A DNA stretch of 64,000 nt from Candidatus Bathyarchaeota archaeon (GTDB taxonomy: Archaea > Thermoproteota > Bathyarchaeia > Bathyarchaeales > Bathycorpusculaceae). Every line of letters starts with the position of its first letter. Position 1 is the stretch's first letter. The stretch lies in assembly GCA_963780185.1 (NCBI GenBank), contig CAWABA010000009.1:96001-160000 (forward strand), read 5' to 3'. The notes beneath the pieces were generated by a model, which had not been told where the DNA came from, ran no database searches, and was given only the letters and a program-made list of their open reading frames with translations. The translations under genes and the position numbers were made by a program. Shown piece by piece: positions 49,584 to 61,308 of the stretch.

Positions 49584-51488
49584 ATGGCAATAATGAATCC
49601 TTACCTTGAAGCGCTTCAGCCAAAACTCAGCGACTCAGACTTCAAGAAACTAAGCAGCATGGATAACCCGAACGTTCACGAGTTCATAGCTAAAGAAGCC
49701 GACCTTTGCCAGCCTAAAGACATTTTCATCTGCAGCGACTCCGCCGAAGACATCGCCCACGTCCGCAAACAAGCAATATCCACAGGAGAAGAACAAGCAA
49801 TCTTAACCATGCCCGGACACACCGTGCATTTTGACGGCGAATACGACCAGGGACGAGACCGCCAAGCCACCAAGTACCTTGTACCCAAAGGAATCGTCCT
49901 AAGCAAAGCCCTCAACCAAATGGACCGCCAAGAAGGATTAGCCGAAGTCAGGTCTATTCTGCGTGATTCCATGCAGGGCAGAACAATGATTGTCCGCTTC
50001 ATATCGCTGGGACCTCAAGATTCAATCTTCACAATTCTCGGTTTACAATGTACCGACTCATGGTACGTTGCCCACTCAGAAAGCCTGCTTTACCGTTCTG
50101 GATATGACCAGTTCTTGAAGGCGGGGCCAAAAAGCGATTTCCTACGTGTCGTTCACTCCGCGGGAAAACTGAACGGCGACATGATAAGTGTTGACCACGA
50201 CAAGAAATGCGTCTACATCGACCACATGGACAACACCATCTACAGCGTAAACACCCAGTACGCAGGCAACTCTGTCGGCTTCAAAAAGCTGGCTTTCCGT
50301 TTAGCTATCCGCAAGGCAAGCAGCGAAGGCTGGTTGGCAGAACACATGTTGCTCATGGGCGTGTTCGGTCCCGGCGGACGCAAAACTTACTTTGCAGGAG
50401 CGTTCCCCAGTGCCTGCGGAAAAACATCCACCGCCATGCTTTCTGGAGAGACAATTCTCGGCGACGACATCGCTTACATAAGGGACATAGATGCTGTGGC
50501 GCACGCAGTTAACGTTGAGTCAGGCATTTTCGGCATCATACAGGACGTAAACCCGAAGGACGACGCCTTAATCTACAAGTTACTTACCAACCCAGGCGAA
50601 ATCATCTTTTCAAACGTGCTCGTTAAGGACGGCAAACCTTACTGGCTAGGCATGGGGCAAGAGCTTCCTAAAGACGGCTGCAACTACACGGGCGCATGGT
50701 TTGACGGCAAAAAAGATGAATCAGGCAACGATATTCCGCCAGCCAACAAAAACGCGCGTTACACGTTGGCGCTTAAAGCGTTGGAGAACTGTGACCCTGA
50801 ACTTCATAACCCGATGGGTATTGAAGTCGGCGGCATAATGTATGGTGGACGTGACTACAAGGCTTACGTGCCTGTTCAGCAAAGCTTCAGCTGGCAACAC
50901 GGCATCATCGCCTACGGCGCCTCCCTTGAAACAGTCACCACGTTTGCCACAGTCGGCAAAGAAGGCGTTCCCGAAATCAACATGATGAGCCTACAGGACT
51001 TCATCTCGATCCCGCTTGGAAAAAACGTTCATAACAACTTGGATTTCGGACACAAACTAAAGAAGCAGCCGATAATCTTCGGAGTCAACTATTTCCTCAA
51101 AGAAGTCGGAAACGGCAAGTACCTCAACGGCACACAGGACAAGCATGTTTGGATAAAATGGATGGAGCAAAGAGTCCACAACGAAGTCGGCGCCATAGAA
51201 ACTCCCACTGGCTACATCCCCAAATACGAGGATCTGCATCGGCTATTCAAACAGGTGCTAAACAAAAACTACCCCAAAGAAGACTACATCAAACAATTCA
51301 CCATCCGCGTCCCCGAAAACCTCGCCAAGATCGAACGTGTCTCACGGTTCTACCAAGAAAACGTCACAGACACCCCGCTGGAGCTGTTCGGCATCCTGTA
51401 TCTGCAACGTCAACGCCTACTTGAAGCCAAAGAAAAATACGGCGACTACATTTCCCCCGAAAACTTTGAGACACAAAAAGCAAAGTAG
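49584..51488 (+). CDS. pckG: GTP-dependent phosphoenolpyruvate carboxykinase
   Basis: YAGNSVGFKK, WLAEHM, AFPSACGKT, GDDIAY. Confidence 0.95.
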   Translation: MAIMNPYLEALQPKLSDSDFKKLSSMDNPNVHEFIAKEADLCQPKDIFICSDSAEDIAHVRKQAISTGEEQAILTMPGHTVHFDGEYDQGRDRQATKYLVPKGIVLSKALNQMDRQEGLAEVRSILRDSMQGRTMIVRFISLGPQDSIFTILGLQCTDSWYVAHSESLLYRSGYDQFLKAGPKSDFLRVVHSAGKLNGDMISVDHDKKCVYIDHMDNTIYSVNTQYAGNSVGFKKLAFRLAIRKASSEGWLAEHMLLMGVFGPGGRKTYFAGAFPSACGKTSTAMLSGETILGDDIAYIRDIDAVAHAVNVESGIFGIIQDVNPKDDALIYKLLTNPGEIIFSNVLVKDGKPYWLGMGQELPKDGCNYTGAWFDGKKDESGNDIPPANKNARYTLALKALENCDPELHNPMGIEVGGIMYGGRDYKAYVPVQQSFSWQHGIIAYGASLETVTTFATVGKEGVPEINMMSLQDFISIPLGKNVHNNLDFGHKLKKQPIIFGVNYFLKEVGNGKYLNGTQDKHVWIKWMEQRVHNEVGAIETPTGYIPKYEDLHRLFKQVLNKNYPKEDYIKQFTIRVPENLAKIERVSRFYQENVTDTPLELFGILYLQRQRLLEAKEKYGDYISPENFETQKAK

Positions 51489-51644
51489 GCTGGATGCATT
51501 GCGGAAGCCACTGTCTTTTTTCCCTCTTTTGGGTAAAATCTTAAAAGTATCCTCTATACTGACTAGAAATTCATAACCGTTAATTAAGAAAAACACGGAA
51601 AAAGAAACACAGACAAAAGAAAACCAAACTAAGAGTGGAGTAAA

Positions 51645-51893
51645 ATGATGATGAAAAAGCTGGACAAAAAAAGTTTCCCCTACACCATAAACCTGGTTGC
51701 CATTGAGGGAGACGGTGCGTTCGCATGCCCCAAATGCGGAACAATGATTTCGCCTGACGACGAATCCGAAGCTAACTACAAAATCATGGACACCAAAGTC
51801 ATGAACGATGAACTTGCAGAGTTAGTCATCTCGTGCGGCAAATGCGGGAGCACCATAAGAATCACTGGTTTTCAAGCAGGCATCGACGCTTAA
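51645..51893 (+). CDS. small zinc-ribbon protein
   Basis: CPKCG...CGKCG. Confidence 0.8.
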   Translation: MMMKKLDKKSFPYTINLVAIEGDGAFACPKCGTMISPDDESEANYKIMDTKVMNDELAELVISCGKCGSTIRITGFQAGIDA

Positions 51894-52054
51894 AATCGGC
51901 GAAATTGGCAAGTTCATTTGTGTCTGCCAAGTTCACGAAATCTGCCTAATCCAATTTTAACGAAAATTTTAATTTACAATCATTTGTTTGTTAAGTTTTG
52001 TTTTGAGCAAATGGTTTATTTCGGCTTTATGCATTACTCGAATTGTTGGTTTGA

Positions 52055-52658
52055 ATGCTTATTGAGACGTTCACGGTTGGCGGCTTGTCGACAAACTGCT
52101 ATGTCGTTGGCTCCCACGAGACCAAAGACGCAATCATAATTGACCCTGGAATAGACCTTATTTTTGAAGCCGACCAAATCATCGATTACATAGATGAAGC
52201 GGGTTTGAAGATAAAGCTGATAGTGAACACGCATGGGCACTCAGACCACATAAACGGCGACGCCATATTCCAAGAAAAATACAACGTACCCATCTGCATC
52301 CACCGTTTAGACGCGGATTGCCTCGCGGTGTTGGAGAACATAAATTTTCCCGCAACCGTCCTGCTGGATGACGGCAGCTATAATCGAGTTCGGCAACGAA
52401 TCCCTGAAAGTTATCCATACGCCTGGGCATACTCCAGGCAGCATCTGCCTTCTGGGGGACCGATTGGTTTTCACTGGCGACACCTTGTTTGCAGGCGGAA
52501 TCGGCAGAACCGATTTTCCAGGCGGCTCCGACAGCGACATGCAGGAGTCTCTTCAAAAACTGCAGCGTCTACCCGAGAACCTGCTAATTTACCCCGGACA
52601 TGGACCAACATCGATGATTGGCGAAGAAAAAAGGGTCAACCCATTCCTAACAGGCTAA
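52055..52658 (+). CDS. MBL-fold metallo-hydrolase, glyoxalase II-like (frameshift near 52375)
   Basis: THGHSDH, TPGHTPGS, GDTLF, YPGHG. Confidence 0.9.
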
Positions 52659-52676
52659 CTTTTCGGCGAAAATTAA

Positions 52677-53405
52677 TTATTTTGCGTTCGCAACCAAGAT
52701 GAGTCTGTTAGAGTCGGGGCTAAACTGTTGCCCTTCATAGTCTCCATAAACCTGTTTAACCGCAAAACCCGCTTTCTCCAATAAATCCCGCAAGCGCTCA
52801 AGCTTGTACAAACGGGCAACATGTCTGAAAGACCGAGTTTTCCCGTCAGCTTTGTTACAAATCACCCACAAATCCCGAAGTTTTTCGCCGTTTTCGTCAA
52901 CGGTTCGTTTTTGTGAAGAAAGAAACCTGGGTATTCCCTGCGTTTGGAATTGGCTGTGTGTTTGGTTGCGTATTTTTTGATTAGTCGTTCCCGATTGAAG
53001 ACGTCAACAATGACTGTGCTGTCCTGTTTGAGCGTTTCATGAAGTTCCCTTAGGCTTTGAATGTCATCCTCCTCGGTGGGCAAATATCCAAAACTCGTAT
53101 CCATGCTTACCGCGGCAACGAAAACCCCCGGCTTAAACGGTAAACGTCGCATATCAGCCCTTACCAGTTGCATGCTGCTTAGTCGGGTTTTTGCTATTTT
53201 GAGAAGCTTTCGCGAGATGTCCAAGCCCACAATGTCGTAGCCTTCTTTGCTGAGTGGAATCATGTGCCTTCCTGTTCCGCAGGCAAAATCCAAAACCAGC
53301 CCCTGTCGGCTTTAGCGTGTTTTTTATGAATTGCACTTGCCTTTGCGTTGGGTTTTGGTCAGCTATCTCCGCCCAGTAAACACCCATCTCGTCAAAAACG
53401 TTCAT
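52677..53405 (-). CDS. class I SAM methyltransferase (two frameshifts)
   Basis: DFACGTGRH, ADMR, TSFGY across three frames. Confidence 0.8.
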
Positions 53406-53647
53406 ACAATCATTTTTCGTCTTGGTTATACAAAGAAATGGTTTGTCATTCTTATATTGTAATATAATGTTTACCGATTTTATTGGACTTTGTTCCTGCT
53501 GCTCGCCATGCTGAATCCTCTAGAGTTAAGTATGGGCGTCTATTTTGGTTTAAAAAACCGGTTGCCGAGACTTTAGTTCTCGAATATAAGAAATGTAGGT
53601 AGTTCTGCGTTTGCAAAAGCTCTTAAGAGTTTGCGTATTATTGCTAA

Positions 53648-55409
53648 TTGAGTGTTATGGCAAAGACGAAAGCTGACTTAAGCGTGTTCTTGATAGCTCT
53701 TCTGATTAGCTGCTTAGCTTTTGTCGTCATTGCGCATTTTGGCACAGCTCAAAGCGGTAGCAATGAAATAAGCAGAGTTAAAGGTAACGCAAACGGAATT
53801 ACTTTTTCAGACGACATCTCAATAAATCTGACAGCCACGCCACAAGACGGCGATGTTCTCATAGCAGTAGTAGGCGCAGGATGTAATGATTCCATAATTG
53901 GCGTTAGTAACATAACAGAGGGCGGAGTGAGTTGGACGCCAATAGATAGTTATGACATTCCAAGCTCAGAGGTTATGAGGCCACACTATCCACTTGAGTC
54001 ATATACATGTGAAATATGGATAGGAATAGTGAACTCAGGGGCTAACTCAAGTCTAACCGTCAACCTAACAAACGTAGCAACATATGGAGCAACATGCGAT
54101 GTTTGTGAATACAATAACGTTAACACTACCGCACCACTTGACCAATATGGAAACTCTGCCATCGAAGATTATGGTACCAGTCTTCCAACTGGATTTACCC
54201 CACCTACAACTCAAAGCAACGAACTATGGATAGGCGCGATATGGACAGATGGCGGTCAACAGTTTAACGCTGGAAATGGGTTTGTATTGATGGATGGTAC
54301 AGCAAACAGCTATGGCAATTCTCTTTCTTTAATTGATGAAATTGTTAACGAAACTGGGGTAGCTTCAAGTAATACAACAATTTCTCCATTATCCTATCCG
54401 AGTAACTACGTTGGAATCATAGCAACTTCAGAGGAGTCCTTGGACACTACACCAACCCCAACACCAACAGCTTCTCCAACCCCTTCATCAAGTCCAACAA
54501 CTACGCCTACTCCTTCGTCCACGCCAACCCCAACTCCAACGCCGGTACCAACTTCAACTCCAAAACCCTCTCCGACGCCGGCATCCGCGTCAACTGCAAC
54601 TCCAACACCTGCACCAACGTTCACCTCAATATTCACCCCATTGCCGTCTCCAACTAAGACAGCTACGCCTACATCTTCACCTTCTCCAACCTCCACCTCT
54701 TTGGTATCGTCCTCATTCTTGGTGGGAAAACACGCTAACACTGGATATAATTGCAGTTGTATTGTTGGTGGGCGTTTTTGTGCCTGCCATTTATTATGGA
54801 CGCTTTAAACCTAGGCGGCTCAACCTCTGCAGCAAATTGGTCGCTAAAGGGTAATGGTCTGGTTCAGAAAAATGATTTGCCTCAAGCTGTAAAATATTTT
54901 GCGAGGGCAAGCATCGTAGGTTTCAAAGCGAAATCTTACAGTGCTGCTTCCATAGCATTAGAACGTTACATTGAAGCTGCAAAATCTTTAGTCATTAAAT
55001 CCGTTTTGAGAGGCGCCAAAACTAAAACCTTTGAAGGCGTTAGCAAATTGCAACGTGAAATAGCAATGATTACTTCGGGTAAGAACATGGAATCCTCGCT
55101 TTTGGGCTCAAGCCTTGAACTGCGTCAATGGTCTCGATTTGCTTGTTAGCCAAGGCGCGTGAAGATAACTTGAATTTTATGGTTGATGAAGCCTTGAAGA
55201 ATCCTAAGTGGAACATGCTTTTCTTGAGGCAGTTAACGGTTCAGATGACGATTTCGATAGCGGATTTAGCTGCGAAAGTTAGGATACAGCGTAGAGGCAG
55301 CGTTCAGGCTTCTATCAAAATGCATCAATTTAAAGAAGATCGAAGGCTACTTTACCAGTTGACAACAAAAAATATGTTTCAAAAGAATATGTGCAAAAAC
55401 AACTATTAG
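53648..55409 (+). CDS. membrane protein: secreted domain, PT linker, TM and cytoplasmic helical domain (several frameshifts)
   Basis: signal peptide, (PT/S)n, shifted-frame [21 protein letters not shown], then helical ORF pieces. Confidence 0.6.
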
Positions 55410-55506
55410 CACATCTAAAGATAGCGTTGCATCGATGATTATCGCCGTCTTAATTTTTCGAGCCGCTTAAATATCCTTACAGCTTACTCTCTACTCCGCT
55501 GGAGAC

Positions 55507-56202
55507 ATGGCTTTGAGTGAAAAGCAGGATTGGCAGCATCTTTACATGCTTCTGAAGCTTGCGGAGATGGGGGCTTACCGTCGAACCGCCAAAATCTCAA
55601 CCGAATACTTAGCGGGGAAACTTGGGTTTAGTCAGCAGACTGCGTCTCGCTACCTCATCGAGCTTGAACGTAAAGGCTGGATTTCACGCAACATTACTCC
55701 TGAAGGCAGCTTAATTCGGATTGAAGAGGCAGGCGCAAAAGAGGTGCAGAAGCTTTATTCCAGCCTCAAGTTTCTGGTTGAAAAATCCTATCCGCCGTCG
55801 GTAACTTTGGAGGGAACCGTCTTCACGGGGCTAGGCGAAGGCGCATACTACATCTCCAAAGAGCATTATCGGGAACAGTTCGCTAAAAAGCTGGGTTTTG
55901 ACCCGTACCCCGGCACCCTTAACCTTAAGCTGACAGCGGACTACGACATCAAAACCCGCATGGAGCTGGAGGCGTACCCAGCCGTCGAAGTCACAGGTTT
56001 CAAGAACGAAGACCGCTCCTTCGGCTTGGTAAAATGTTACCCCGCAGTGATAGACAACAAAGTAAAAGGCGCCCTTGTAACTGCGCTGCGAAGCCACTAC
56101 GATGTCTCAGTGCTGGAAATCATCGCGCCCGTCTGCCTAAGAAAACAGTTAAACCTCAAAGACGGAAACAAAGTAAAAATCGAAATCACAACCGCCCCGT
56201 AA
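55507..56202 (+). CDS. rbkR: wHTH plus CTP-dependent riboflavin kinase
   Basis: SQQTASR HTH; GLGEGAYY, PYPGTLN, LEIIAP. Confidence 0.92.
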   Translation: MALSEKQDWQHLYMLLKLAEMGAYRRTAKISTEYLAGKLGFSQQTASRYLIELERKGWISRNITPEGSLIRIEEAGAKEVQKLYSSLKFLVEKSYPPSVTLEGTVFTGLGEGAYYISKEHYREQFAKKLGFDPYPGTLNLKLTADYDIKTRMELEAYPAVEVTGFKNEDRSFGLVKCYPAVIDNKVKGALVTALRSHYDVSVLEIIAPVCLRKQLNLKDGNKVKIEITTAP

Positions 56203-56255
56203 CCTAAAACGGGTACAGCGGATGCTTATACTTAACGGAGTATTCCTGCAGCGGT

Positions 56256-56830
56256 TTACGCGCTAGTCGCAATCCAGTAGCCGACTAGCAAACCAAAGCC
56301 TAAGCCGCCGAGATGTGCCAAATCATTTACTCCAGCGCTTAATCCGCTGATAAGCAGCAGGAAAAAAGCGTAGATAAGTGCTCCCACGATGGATTGCCGA
56401 ACGGAACGCCTGTCATAAATGACGCATGCGCCGAAAAGCGCGAAGATTGCGCCTGAAGCCCCAACGGAGAAGGTCAAAAATCCGGTCCAAACGCCAGCGA
56501 CAAAACGTTGCCTACGAAGCCGCCGACAAAGTAGATTCCGAGGTATTCAGGCAGCGAAAACATTTCTTCTGATCGCAAGCCGAAGATGAAGAGGAAAAGC
56601 ATGTTGCCGACAAGGTGCGGTATCGAGGCGTGGATGAACATGGATGTGAAAAGCTGGAAGTACCAGCCGTGCAGAACCTCGATGTTCCATTGGTACAGAG
56701 GAGGGATGCCGGCGAGGTTCGTGGTCAGAGCGTTGCCGCCGACTATCGAAGTGTAAACGTACATTGCCACGTTAAGGGCTATGAGAATAATTGTCGGCTT
56801 GTACTTCTCGCTGTTCATCGGCAAAACCAA
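56256..56830 (-). CDS. rhomboid intramembrane protease (frameshift near 56475)
   Basis: SMFIH..HL.GN, GASGA, AHLGG; 3' end may extend to about 56204. Confidence 0.88.
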
Positions 56831-56832
56831 AC

Positions 56833-57294
56833 TTAAGTTTTAAGCTTGTTGATTATTTCCTGCTTAATCTTGCTTGAACTATCTAAAGTATTCTGCCCAA
56901 ACTTGCCGATCCGCACGACTTTAACTTTTGAACCGTGGGTTTTCACGTAATCCAGCACTTTCCTTGCCATGTCTTGCTGGTCGTATCCCAACGCAATCAC
57001 GTCTGGCTTAATGTCCTCTATGACTTCGCCGAGGTCAAATTCCTCATAGCCAAGCACCGCCCTATCCACCACCTTCAAAGACTCAACCAGCAGACAACGC
57101 TCAGTCTCAGACATAATCGGCTTCCTGCCCTTGGTTTTCTCAACCGTGCTGTCCCTTGCAACAACAACAATTAGCTCGGCGCCTTCTCCGCCTGCCTTCT
57201 TGGCTTCCTCTAAAAACTTCACGTGCCCCAGATGCAGCAGGTCAAACACGCCTGAAGCTAAGACAACTTTTTTCTTTCCTGATTGGTTGGCCAT
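56833..57294 (-). CDS. ribL: archaeal FAD synthetase
   Basis: GVFDLLHLGH, VVARD, ALGYDQ, SSSKIK. Confidence 0.9.
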   Translation of the reverse strand: MANQSGKKKVVLASGVFDLLHLGHVKFLEEAKKAGGEGAELIVVVARDSTVEKTKGRKPIMSETERCLLVESLKVVDRAVLGYEEFDLGEVIEDIKPDVIALGYDQQDMARKVLDYVKTHGSKVKVVRIGKFGQNTLDSSSKIKQEIINKLKT

Positions 57295-57545
57295 TCGAAT
57301 TTCACAGCGCCTAACAACCTTAACGCGTCAAGGAGCCCTTCACAGTAAGCTACCGAGGTTAAGCTTGTTTCAAATTTTCCCTGAGCCTTATAATACTTTG
57401 CGTCCTCCAAATAGTCAGCTGCCCAACGCAGAACCTTCGCAGCATCAGCCTCCGAAACCGTGACGGCATCCTTTGTCTGCACCAGCTCTTTGAGCACTTT
57501 TTCCGCTGAGCCGATGTATTTTGCCGCAAGCGTCTCCGCACTCAT
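57258..57545 (-). CDS. DUF357 protein
   Basis: YLEDAKYY, AYCEGLLDALR. Confidence 0.88.
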   Translation of the reverse strand: MSAETLAAKYIGSAEKVLKELVQTKDAVTVSEADAAKVLRWAADYLEDAKYYKAQGKFETSLTSVAYCEGLLDALRLLGAVKFEWPTNQERKKLS

Positions 57546-58339
57546 TTGGCAAGCCTCCGAAACTCCGCTGGCGCACCTGCAAACGCGATTAAGGCTTCAA
57601 CTTCCATAAAATGCATGTCGCCTGGAAAAATCAAGCTGAAAGGCGGCTCACCGAAATCAAAACCAACAATGTCCCTGAGGAAATCCGCCTTCAACGTTGG
57701 GTTCTTGCTTCCTGCCCGAGCCACCCCCACCGCAACAGTATCCGGCGTCGCAGCGCCCTGTTTCTTCTTATTTTCAACTTCCGAAAGCAACGCGACGGCT
57801 TGGCTGATGCTTAGGAACTGCTTTTCAGGAGCTTTCAAATCAAGCAGGCAAAGCGTGTGCAAACCAACCTTTTTGTTTTGGGCTATCACGTCGTAGGGTG
57901 TCGCGGAGAAATTCTCTGGGAAAGGAACCGTGACGGTTTTTCCAAACTTGTAATTATGAAGCCCCGACAGGCTAACAATCGCCGAGATTATTGATGCGCC
58001 ATGCACAATGCGGGTTTTTACTCCTTGTTTTTCCGCGTCGATTCTGAGGGTGACGTGGGTTGTGGCGATGAAGGGGTCGCCTGGGACAAGAAAAACGGTT
58101 TTGCCTTTTTGGGCGGCTTGCAGAATCGCCTTTCCGCTTTCTTCTTCGAGTTCGCGTCTTGAAACCAATTGAACCCGTTTGCCGCATAAGGCTTCGAAAC
58201 GTTGTAGGCTGAAGTCTGGCATGAGGCTCGTGTAGGTTTCCATGAAAACGGTGTCTGCGCTTTTGGTTTCTTCTAAGCCGTCTACGCTGATGCCTTTTTC
58301 ATCGTTTAACCCTAAGCCTACGAAGACAAGTTCCTTCAC
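57542..58339 (-). CDS. dph5: diphthine synthase
   Basis: GLGL, ETYTS, GDPFIATTH, YKFGKTVT, LHTLCLLD. Confidence 0.95.
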   Translation of the reverse strand: MKELVFVGLGLNDEKGISVDGLEETKSADTVFMETYTSLMPDFSLQRFEALCGKRVQLVSRRELEEESGKAILQAAQKGKTVFLVPGDPFIATTHVTLRIDAEKQGVKTRIVHGASIISAIVSLSGLHNYKFGKTVTVPFPENFSATPYDVIAQNKKVGLHTLCLLDLKAPEKQFLSISQAVALLSEVENKKKQGAATPDTVAVGVARAGSKNPTLKADFLRDIVGFDFGEPPFSLIFPGDMHFMEVEALIAFAGAPAEFRRLAK

Positions 58340-58380
58340 TTTAAGCCCCGCTAAGCTAACAGGGGTTTAAAACTTAAACG

Positions 58381-58563
58381 TTATTTCTCTTTTATGTCGC
58401 CGCTGTCAACCAGCTTCTTGTAGTAGACGCGGCATGCCTCCATTGAGATTCCTTGCCGCTGGCAGAACACAGAAAGAACCTCCTCTGCAGACTCGCCACG
58501 TTTCCTTTCCTTCACCATTTCCTTCAACAAATCGAAATTATGCTTATCTTCTTTATCGCTCAT
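58381..58563 (-). CDS. small hypothetical protein
   Basis: 60-aa charged helical ORF, co-oriented with dph5. Confidence 0.6.
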   Translation of the reverse strand: MSDKEDKHNFDLLKEMVKERKRGESAEEVLSVFCQRQGISMEACRVYYKKLVDSGDIKEK

Positions 58564-58790
58564 GAGCCAAAAAACCTTCCTAGTTATTCTTCCTTCGCCG
58601 ACCCAAAAAAACTTTTGCGTGCTGCCGCAACCAGCTAAGCCCGGTTTTCAAGGTGATGCTTCTGCTGTTTGACTTCCCAATCTTATCCCCTACTTGTTCC
58701 GTTGATATAAGCCTAACCAAACATTTATATGATTTACGTCAAAGAGAAACCCATGCATTTCAGCCCCTGATGACTGAAGGATGAAACCCA

Positions 58791-59927
58791 ATGAAGCCTC
58801 TGGAAAACTTGGTCAGCGACCACATAAAAAACCTTAAGCCATGCGTACACGGCGGCGAGGTTTTGGATGCGGCAGGCAAAAGCGGGCTGAAACGAGAGGA
58901 AATTCTGGATTTCAGTTCAAGCGTGAACCCTCTGGGTCCATCTAAAAAAGCGCTTGAGGCAGCAAAGAAGGCTTTCAGCGAAATTCCAGCTTACCCCGAC
59001 TCAAACTCCACTGTGCTTCGGCAGGCAATCGCAAGTCACTTCAGCGGAATTGGCAAAAACAACGTTGTCGTCGGGAACGGCTCCACAGAACTCATGTACC
59101 TGTTCGCCGAGGCTTTCCTCAAAAAAGGGGAAGTCGCCCTAATTCCAGCCCCGACGTTCGGCGAATACGAAAGTGCAGTCAGAAAACAGGTGAAACGGCG
59201 AAATTCGTCAAGCTTAACAGAAACTTCAACGTTAGCGCAGAAGTTTTCTTCCGCGAAATGGTTGGCGCCAAAATCGTTTTCTTATGCAACCCCAACAACC
59301 CCACAAGCCTTCTTATCCCGAACGAAACCCTTACAGCCATTATTGAGCGTGCAATGGCTCAGGACACGCTTGTTTTTCTCGACGAAGACTTTTTAGAGTT
59401 CGTAGAAGACGAAAACGCCCTATCATTGATAGGCAAAATCAAACGTTACCCCAACCTGTTCATCCTGCGGTCTTTCACGAAGATTTTCGGGTTAACAGGT
59501 TTGCGTGTCGGTTACGGCATCGCCAGCGAAGAAATCATCGGTGTGCTTTCATGCGCCAAGATTCCTTGGAACGTTAACTGTTTAGCTCAGGCAGCAGCCG
59601 TCGCGGCGCTTCAAAGATGAGGAGCACCTGCGGGTGACTCGTGAGCTTATCAAAAAAGAAAAAGTGCAGCTTTTAGCGGAGCTGGAAAAATTCGGCGGTT
59701 TCAAGATTTACCCGGCTGACGCGAACTTTTTCTTCATCGACATCCGCAAGACGGGTTTAACCGCGACTGAACTCTCAGCCAAGTTGCTTTCGCAGGGCAT
59801 TTTGATTCGGGACTGCACGTCTTTCCATGGACTCGACAATTACTACATTCGTGTGGCAGTCAAGACGCATTCTGAGAATGAACATTTACTTGAAGCTTTA
59901 AAGCGGACAGTGAAGAATCAGCAATGA
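58791..59927 (+). CDS. cobD: threonine-phosphate decarboxylase CobD-type PLP enzyme (two frameshifts)
   Basis: HGG, DFSSSVNP, CNPNNPT, RSFTKIFGLTGLRVGY, IRDC; adjacent to cbiB. Confidence 0.82.
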
Positions 59928-59937
59928 CCAGGTTTGA

Positions 59938-60924
59938 TTGCTAAGCATGTTTTCCTTTGACCTATCCCTTTTTGTGGATTCCGCCCTGATTTTCATCCTG
60001 GCTTTTTTGATTGACATAGTATTCGGGGAGTACCCCGACAGGATTCACCCAACCATCGGCATAGGCAAAATCATCAGCTACCTAAAACCGAAGCTGAAAA
60101 ACCCAAACCCCAAAATTGAAAAAGCAAACGGCGTCCTACTCGCCATAACCGTCATGCTTATCGCCGCGTTGCCTGTTTTTCTGGTGCTTTTCTGGCTCAG
60201 GCAATCCTTCGGTATCTACGGTCAAATAGCCTACATAATCGTGGGCGCAGTTCTGTTCAAAGCAACGTTCGCAATCCGAGGCATGGGACAATACACTAAG
60301 CCGATTGCGGCGGCGCTTGAAGAAGAACGATTTGGCGGAAGCCCGACGTTGGCTGCCATACATCGTTCGCAGAGACCCAAACACCCTAAACGAGAAACAG
60401 ATCACTTCCGCCGCAGTTGAATCCATCGCGGAAAGCACCACCGACGGAATAACCGCGCCGTTCTTCTTCTTTGCAATCTTCGGCGTCCCAGGCGCCTTCG
60501 CTTACCGCGTCATCAACACGTTGGATTCGATGGTGGGCTACAAAAACCCGGAAAACATCAACATCGGATGGTTCAGCGCAAACTTGGACACCATAACCAA
60601 CTACATCCCTGCCAGGTTAACGGCTTACCTGATGGTTGCCGCCTCCTACCTGCTCGGCGAGAACTGGCGCGAATCATGGCGCATCCTTAAGCGCGACAAA
60701 TCTAAAACCGTCAGCGTAAACGCAGGCTGGACCATCTCAGCCATGGCTGGCGCATTGGATACGCAGCTTGAGAAATCTGGGCATTACGCTCTCGGCGACG
60801 ACCATGGCATCACGCCACAACACATCGACAGGGCGCTGCGGGTAATGACGTGACTGCCGTCCTGTTCGGCGTGGTCGTAGTCATGCCAATTTTAGCCCTG
60901 AGAATTTATATAACTGGAATTTAG
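59938..60924 (+). CDS. cbiB: adenosylcobinamide-phosphate synthase CbiB (frameshifts)
   Basis: HP..IG, AVESIAE, INTLDSMVGY, PARLTA, NAGW. Confidence 0.9.
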
Positions 60925-61054
60925 TGGAAAGATAGAAACAAAATCGGCTGGATATTGAGGTATTTTTACAACATATGTTGTGATAATGCAACAATAGGTA
61001 AACCTGACGTTGTTGGGGCAAAACATATTATGAAATTAACACTAACTTAGCATT

Positions 61055-61204
61055 ATGCTTCGTGAAGATTGCCCGTGCCCCAAGAAGAAATGCGTCAGGC
61101 GGGGAAAATGTGAGGAATGCACTCAACATCACTCTGCAAAAGGCAAGTTGCCTTATTGCAAAAGACCTAAGAGTTCGCTTTTCGGTTTCTTAAAAAAGAA
61201 ATAG
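61055..61204 (+). CDS. 49-aa Cys-rich microprotein (not in ORF track)
   Basis: MLREDCPCPKKKCVRRGKCEECTQHHSAKGKLPYC... Confidence 0.7.
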   Translation: MLREDCPCPKKKCVRRGKCEECTQHHSAKGKLPYCKRPKSSLFGFLKKK

Positions 61205-61308
61205 CCATGCAGCGGACAGGCTGCTGGTTTTTTGTGGGTTTTTCAAGTTTTAGTTGCATAGTTTTTATTCTGGCTTCGCATCTGTTTACTGGGATTTAAG
61301 AGGGAACT

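Noticed and set aside
55507-58339. rbkR/rhomboid/ribL/DUF357/dph5 cluster as novel
   Set aside because: Recognised housekeeping families in a commonly seen archaeal neighbourhood
58740-58790. Fluoride riboswitch or C/D RNA around CTGATGACTGA before cobD
   Set aside because: Lacks the remaining conserved elements and pairing
18022-60924. Many split genes (mre11, rad50, cbiZ, radical SAM, btuC, hxlR, lrp, asnA, MBL, methyltransferase, rhomboid, cobD, cbiB) as programmed frameshifts or mass pseudogenisation
   Set aside because: Single-base indels scattered through unrelated genes with intact motifs and no shared slippery site fit long-read consensus error better; read polishing would confirm
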